This document shows positions 62,423 through 64,000 of a stretch of DNA of 64,000 bases, piece after piece; the stretch's first letter is position 1, and the number at the start of each line of letters is the position of its first letter. This DNA is from Gammaproteobacteria bacterium. Its GTDB lineage: Bacteria > Pseudomonadota > Gammaproteobacteria > Steroidobacterales > Rariloculaceae. The position numbers and the translations under genes were made by a program. Below the pieces are notes generated by a model. That model made no database searches, was not told the origin of the DNA, and saw nothing but the letters and a program-made list of their open reading frames with translations. The stretch spans positions 146,118 to 210,117 of the forward strand of contig JBJHBW010000001.1 of NCBI GenBank assembly GCA_050485685.1, in the 5' to 3' direction.

Positions 62423-62905
62423 TCAGGGTGCGCGATACGTGCGATGACAGTTGCCGCAGGTCTGCGCGAAGTTGCGCAGCGCGGCATCGGAACCCGCAAT
62501 CCCGCCGCTGCTGGCTGCATCGGCCAGGGCATTCGCAGAGGCATGGAATGCATCGGCCTGCCGTGTGAAATCGTTCCAGTTCTGCCAGATCGCGGGCAAT
62601 GCCCGGCTTCCCGGCACGATGCTGTCGGGAATGAAGCCGTCGGCGGCCATACTGGTGAGCGCGGCCAGGTCGCGGGCGTCCTTCAGGAAAGTCTCGTCAC
62701 TCGCCGGAATGTCGCCGTCCGCCATCATGCGCATGCGCGTCAGCTTCCATGCAATCACATCCATCAGCCCGTCACGCATCTGATACGCAGCGGCCTCCGG
62801 AGAATCGTCGAGCTGCGGCTGAGAGTCGCCGGATGAGCATCCTGCTGCCAAGGCCAGAGCGACCATCGCACCAACCCAGACCAGCCTGCCGCACAGTACG
62901 CGCAT
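62423..62905 (-). CDS. Cytochrome c' / class II c-type cytochrome lipoprotein
   Basis: Lipobox LALAAGC, a four-helix-bundle-sized protein (160 aa) and the heme motif CGNCH six residues from the C-terminus (TCGNCHRTYRAP). Confidence 0.8.
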   Translation of the reverse strand: MRVLCGRLVWVGAMVALALAAGCSSGDSQPQLDDSPEAAAYQMRDGLMDVIAWKLTRMRMMADGDIPASDETFLKDARDLAALTSMAADGFIPDSIVPGSRALPAIWQNWNDFTRQADAFHASANALADAASSGGIAGSDAALRNFAQTCGNCHRTYRAP

Positions 62906-63030
62906 ATCGTATCCCCCCGACTCTGATTATTGTGTTTGGATGCGCAGCAGCATATACAAAGCGATCGCATGGCCGCAAGTCACGCCAGGCCCGCCATGAA
63001 TGGCCAGTGCCGCAGAGCCTGTCGGCGCAT

Positions 63031-63465
63031 TCAGTCGGCAGTCTTTGCCTGCACCTTGATTGCCTCATCGAGCACGAACAGATCCGTCAGCAGTGCGCGC
63101 AGATGAATGGATGCATTGAGGTTATCGATGAGCCGCGAACTGATGTCCTGCTGTGCGGTCGCCAGTCTTACCACTGCACGCGCCCGCTCCGCATCCTCGG
63201 CAACCGCAAGCAGAAACGGCTCGACTTCGTCCGCAAGCACCGGGTCGCGCCCGCGCACACACGAGGCGGCCACGTCGCCCAGTCCGTCCAGCGCATCGAG
63301 CATCGCCGTCAGGTGATCGCGTATGGAACTGCGCCCGCCACCGCCACCGCCACTGCGATCAGTTGCCCGACCCTGGGCGGCATAGGCCAGCATGAATTCA
63401 TAGCCGGATTCAATTGCGTCCATTCGGCTGTCCAGGTCTGCTCTGGCGCCGGCCAGTGTCGTCAT
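63031..63465 (-). CDS. Hypothetical soluble protein coupled to the cytochrome b gene
   Basis: The ATG at 63465 overlaps the upstream stop (ATGA). The protein looks alpha-helical and contains a Gly6 run. No family recognised. Confidence 0.5.
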   Translation of the reverse strand: MTTLAGARADLDSRMDAIESGYEFMLAYAAQGRATDRSGGGGGGRSSIRDHLTAMLDALDGLGDVAASCVRGRDPVLADEVEPFLLAVAEDAERARAVVRLATAQQDISSRLIDNLNASIHLRALLTDLFVLDEAIKVQAKTAD

Positions 63466-64000
63466 TTTTCCTGCTCCACCCGCCATCGCTGCGGATCATG
63501 ATGTTTGCGGTATTCGTTGCCGGTAATCCAGCCGCGAATCATTGCGCGCGTGAAATGAAGTTTCTCCGGGCGCAACGCGAAATAGATGTGTGCGATCACC
63601 ATGGTCACCAGGCAAAGCGCGGCCAGCCCGTGCAGCACATAGATCACACCCCAGGTACTTTCCTCGAACCAGTACGGATTGCGTCGCCACCAGGGCGTAT
63701 CGATACGCATCAGCATCAGCGTGCCCGTGACCAGCGTCGTCAGCACCGTCAGCGCGAACAGGTGATGGATGAGCTTCTGCGCGAGGGAGTATTTTCCCGG
63801 CCTGGCCGGCGGGGTATCACCGAGTCTCAGACTGTAACGCGCCATCGCACTGCAATCGCGCAGATCCTGCAGTCCTATCCACATGGATTTCAGATTGCGG
63901 CGCACCAGCACCCGCACGATATGCACCAGCACGACAAGCCCAAGCACGATACCGGTGATCCAGTGAATCGTGACCCACGCGAAGTTGATACCGAGAATCG
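63462..64000 (-). CDS. Cytochrome b561 / Ni-Fe-hydrogenase-type b-cytochrome family membrane protein, 5' end beyond window
   Basis: The frame is open to nt 64000 (…ILGINFAWVTIHWITGIVLGLVVLVHIV…). TM helices carry conserved His residues (HWITG, LIHHLF, VLHGLAA, IAHIYF). The C-terminal MIRGWITGNEYRKHH resembles FdnI/CybB-type proteins. Confidence 0.75.
   Translation of the reverse strand, partial: ILGINFAWVTIHWITGIVLGLVVLVHIVRVLVRRNLKSMWIGLQDLRDCSAMARYSLRLGDTPPARPGKYSLAQKLIHHLFALTVLTTLVTGTLMLMRIDTPWWRRNPYWFEESTWGVIYVLHGLAALCLVTMVIAHIYFALRPEKLHFTRAMIRGWITGNEYRKHHDPQRWRVEQEK

Noticed and set aside
1-64000. Mobile genetic element, prophage or genomic island
   Set aside because: No integrase, transposase, recombinase, phage structural gene or flanking tRNA gene was found. 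Coding density and composition look uniform apart from the short AT-rich promoter region at about 32.75 kb.

Overview
High-GC (judged by eye, not computed), gene-dense chromosomal segment. Gene content (TamAB, RND efflux, RarD, AlgH, MetX/MetY) suggests a gammaproteobacterium, but that is inference only. I can support about 50 protein-coding genes. I found no rRNA or tRNA genes, no CRISPR array, and no transposase, integrase or phage genes.

Gene order:
- rarD (cut by the window edge), an MFS pump and a secreted carboxylesterase.
- metX-metY-CoA-binding protein operon.
- OsmC, a flavoprotein oxidoreductase, a beta-lactamase-fold hydrolase and small secreted or membrane proteins.
- aguA-DHS-like-speA-aguB polyamine operon.
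- AlgH-like and NYN/LOTUS proteins, then an isoaspartyl peptidase.
- DUF1592-type heme protein, DUF1552 and a periplasmic ankyrin protein in one operon.
- A four-gene amidoligase operon (C39-like peptidase, RimK-type ATP-grasp, GCS2 ligase, FGase-type amidohydrolase) preceded by a very acidic 91-aa ORF.
- gltA and a complete glycogen set (glgA, malQ, glgC, glgB, glgX, glgP).
- tamB and tamA, then an MscS channel with a coupled unknown gene.
- Two Hsp20 genes behind a sigma-32-like promoter.
- MarR with an MFS pump, a Zn peptidase, an RND pair, an S1C/PDZ protease and a cytochrome cluster that runs off the 3' edge.

Best candidates for undescribed biology:
1. The translationally coupled amidoligase operon at 27.9-32.5 kb.
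2. The DUF1592/DUF1552/ankyrin periplasmic heme operon at 22.5-27.9 kb.
3. A ~224-nt nested palindromic element with a perfect 32-bp inverted repeat at 13.2-13.45 kb.
4. Three genes whose conserved N-termini or Shine-Dalgarno sites lie upstream of any ATG/GTG/TTG and point to ATA/ATC initiation codons.

Many long antisense ORFs in the track are high-GC shadow frames and were rejected.
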